IMG/VR virus record: IMGVR_UViG_3300024262_006261
Location: 1-55,999 of that record
Source: a virus
Lineage: Duplodnaviria > Caudoviricetes
Strand: one strand, 5' to 3'
DNA: 55,999 nt
Each line of letters opens with the position of its first letter. Within the stretch, counting starts at the first letter, position 1. Made by a program: the position numbers and the translations under genes. The notes under the pieces were generated by a model that worked only from the letters and a program-made list of their open reading frames with translations, was not told where the DNA came from and did not search any database. Positions 55,699 to 55,999 of the stretch are shown piece after piece.

Positions 55699-55999
55699 TA
55701 TACTTCCAAATATAATCTTTCGTCTCAGTAGGAATATGTTCTATCCATTTAGAATCATACTTCTTATAAGTCTTATTCAACTTGCCTATTCCCCAATTAT
55801 ACGCAGCTATTCTCGTCTCTATATTATCTGGGATTTTATATGTTTTTAACATCTCGGGAATTCTCGTGTTAGTGTAGTAGGTTCCCACTGCCAAATTCTT
55901 CTTAGGATCAAAAGCATCGTCCCAAGTCCAATCGGAATGACCCATACGCTTCACACATTCTTCCCACGTGCCTTTCATTATTTGGGTAAGGCCTCTAGC
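55679..55999 (-). CDS. lytic transglycosylase (SLT), 5' truncated by the window
   Basis: Frame open to the window end, giving 'ARGLTQIM'; also 'DPKKN..VG', 'AAYNWG' and 'ET..Y'. Confidence 0.85.
   Translation of the reverse strand, partial: ARGLTQIMKGTWEECVKRMGHSDWTWDDAFDPKKNLAVGTYYTNTRIPEMLKTYKIPDNIETRIAAYNWGIGKLNKTYKKYDSKWIEHIPTETKDYIWKYNARTIR

Noticed and set aside
1-55999. Stop-codon reassignment as in some large phages
   Set aside because: Genes are full length in the standard code and TAA, TAG and TGA all serve as stops at gene junctions

Overview
AT-rich fragment of a large T4-like myovirus (contractile-tail phage) genome, read in the standard genetic code. The left 7.7 kb (+ strand) holds recombination and repair genes: RecA/UvsX 3' end, 5'-3' exonuclease, a dockerin-type lipoprotein, a Holliday junction resolvase invaded by an endonuclease cassette, a split SbcC flanking SbcD, and CsrA. 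The remaining ~48 kb is one tightly packed minus-strand block: transglycosylase, nucleotidyltransferase, neck, putative internal head proteins, tail sheath/tube, baseplate and fibre genes. These run directly into a protein with 101 consecutive threonines and then a ~26.5 kb, 32-gene glycan biosynthesis cluster. The cluster encodes 15 glycosyltransferase-like genes (two with polypeptide GalNAc-transferase-like motifs), two TPP-dependent enzyme pairs, three SDRs lacking the catalytic Tyr, methyltransferases and a B12 radical SAM enzyme. Best candidate for a new system: phage-encoded mucin-type O-glycosylation of a poly-Thr virion protein with an unusual branched or methylated glycan. Also notable are a gene-repairing endonuclease cassette and three unannotated structured, pseudoknot-capable RNA elements. 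All functional calls come from motif recognition by eye; no searches were run.
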